Positions 31,803 through 32,000 of a stretch of 32,000 nt of DNA are shown here, one piece after another. The stretch is taken from assembly GCF_009617975.1 (NCBI RefSeq), contig NZ_CP040089.1, positions 660,001 through 692,000 of the forward strand, in the 5' to 3' direction. The position numbers and the translations under genes were made by a program. The notes beneath the pieces are model-generated. The model was not told the DNA's origin. It did not search any database and was given only the letters and a program-made list of their open reading frames with translations. This DNA is from Candidatus Nanohalobium constans. Lineage in GTDB: Archaea > Nanohalarchaeota > Nanosalinia > Nanosalinales > Nanosalinaceae. How positions within the stretch are numbered: the first letter of the stretch is position 1; every line of letters starts with the position of its first letter.

Positions 31803-32000
31803 ATGAGCTTACCAAACGCACCTGTAGAACGGATTCTAAGAAACGCTGGAGCAGAAAGAGTATCAAAAGACGCAGTAGAAGAACTAAGAAACGCACTTGA
31901 AGACCTCGGAGAAGAAATCAGCCGAGACGCAATCCAGATGGCAGACCACGCAGAAAGAAACACAGTCAAAAAAGAAGACATCGACATGGCCACACAATAA
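31803..32000 (+). CDS. Archaeal histone (HMf-like histone fold)
   Basis: MSLPNAPVERILRNAGAERVSKDAVEELRNALEDLGEEISRDAIQMADHAERNTVKKEDIDMA aligns by eye with the HMfB pattern (LPIAPIGRIIK.AGAERVS...A.HAGRKT.K.EDI). I use the ATG at 31803; the track starts at the GTG at 31794. The TAA stop is at the window end. Confidence 0.9.
   Translation: MSLPNAPVERILRNAGAERVSKDAVEELRNALEDLGEEISRDAIQMADHAERNTVKKEDIDMATQ

Noticed and set aside
1-32000. I looked for CRISPR arrays, tRNA/rRNA genes, transposases or integrases, inteins in atpA/atpB, and known defence-system genes.
   Set aside because: None were seen by eye. The spacers are short (mostly under 190 nt) and lack tRNA-like arms. There are no regularly spaced direct repeats, atpA and atpB are of normal length, and no recombinase-like ORF is present. 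A tRNAscan/Infernal/defence-HMM run would be needed for a definitive negative.

Overview
This is a compact archaeal chromosome segment. Nearly all of it is coding, with 1-11 nt gene overlaps, convergent stop codons that abut, TATA-like boxes about 25-35 nt upstream of many start codons, and GGAGGTGA-type Shine-Dalgarno (SD, ribosome-binding) sites inside operons. The proteins are conspicuously rich in Asp/Glu, and GC looks to be in the low 40s percent by eye (not computed). I infer a small-genome halophilic archaeon, most like Nanohaloarchaeota/DPANN; this is inference only.

Recognisable content:
- A 5'-partial window on a MoxR AAA+ ATPase operon.
- A thiol/redox cluster: a DsbA-like protein, a CxxC membrane partner, HxlR, OsmC and DUF2892.
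- An RND/MMPL-type exporter encoded as two half-size genes, next to an S-layer-domain surface protein and a divergent TrmB-like regulator.
- A glutaredoxin.
- A complete A-type ATP synthase operon in the order atpH-I-K-E-C-F-A-B-D.
- Trm1, TFB, an AI-2E family permease, Nob1 and an archaeal histone.

I saw no CRISPR array, tRNA/rRNA gene, transposase, integrase or recognisable defence gene.

The best novelty candidates are:
1. A two-gene operon (2100-6490) of very large, hyper-acidic orphan proteins. The 905-aa member looks like a xylose-isomerase/endonuclease-IV-type TIM barrel split by a roughly 500-aa insert. It also shows abrupt switches in synonymous codon usage within the gene.
2. A 21-bp direct repeat (one mismatch) bracketing a three-gene cassette at 12758-14040.
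3. A DsbA-like gene translationally coupled to an unclassified CxxC membrane protein.
4. An unlisted 36-aa zinc-ribbon ORF coupled by a TAATG overlap to a membrane protein.

All family assignments come from motif recognition by eye. No searches were run.
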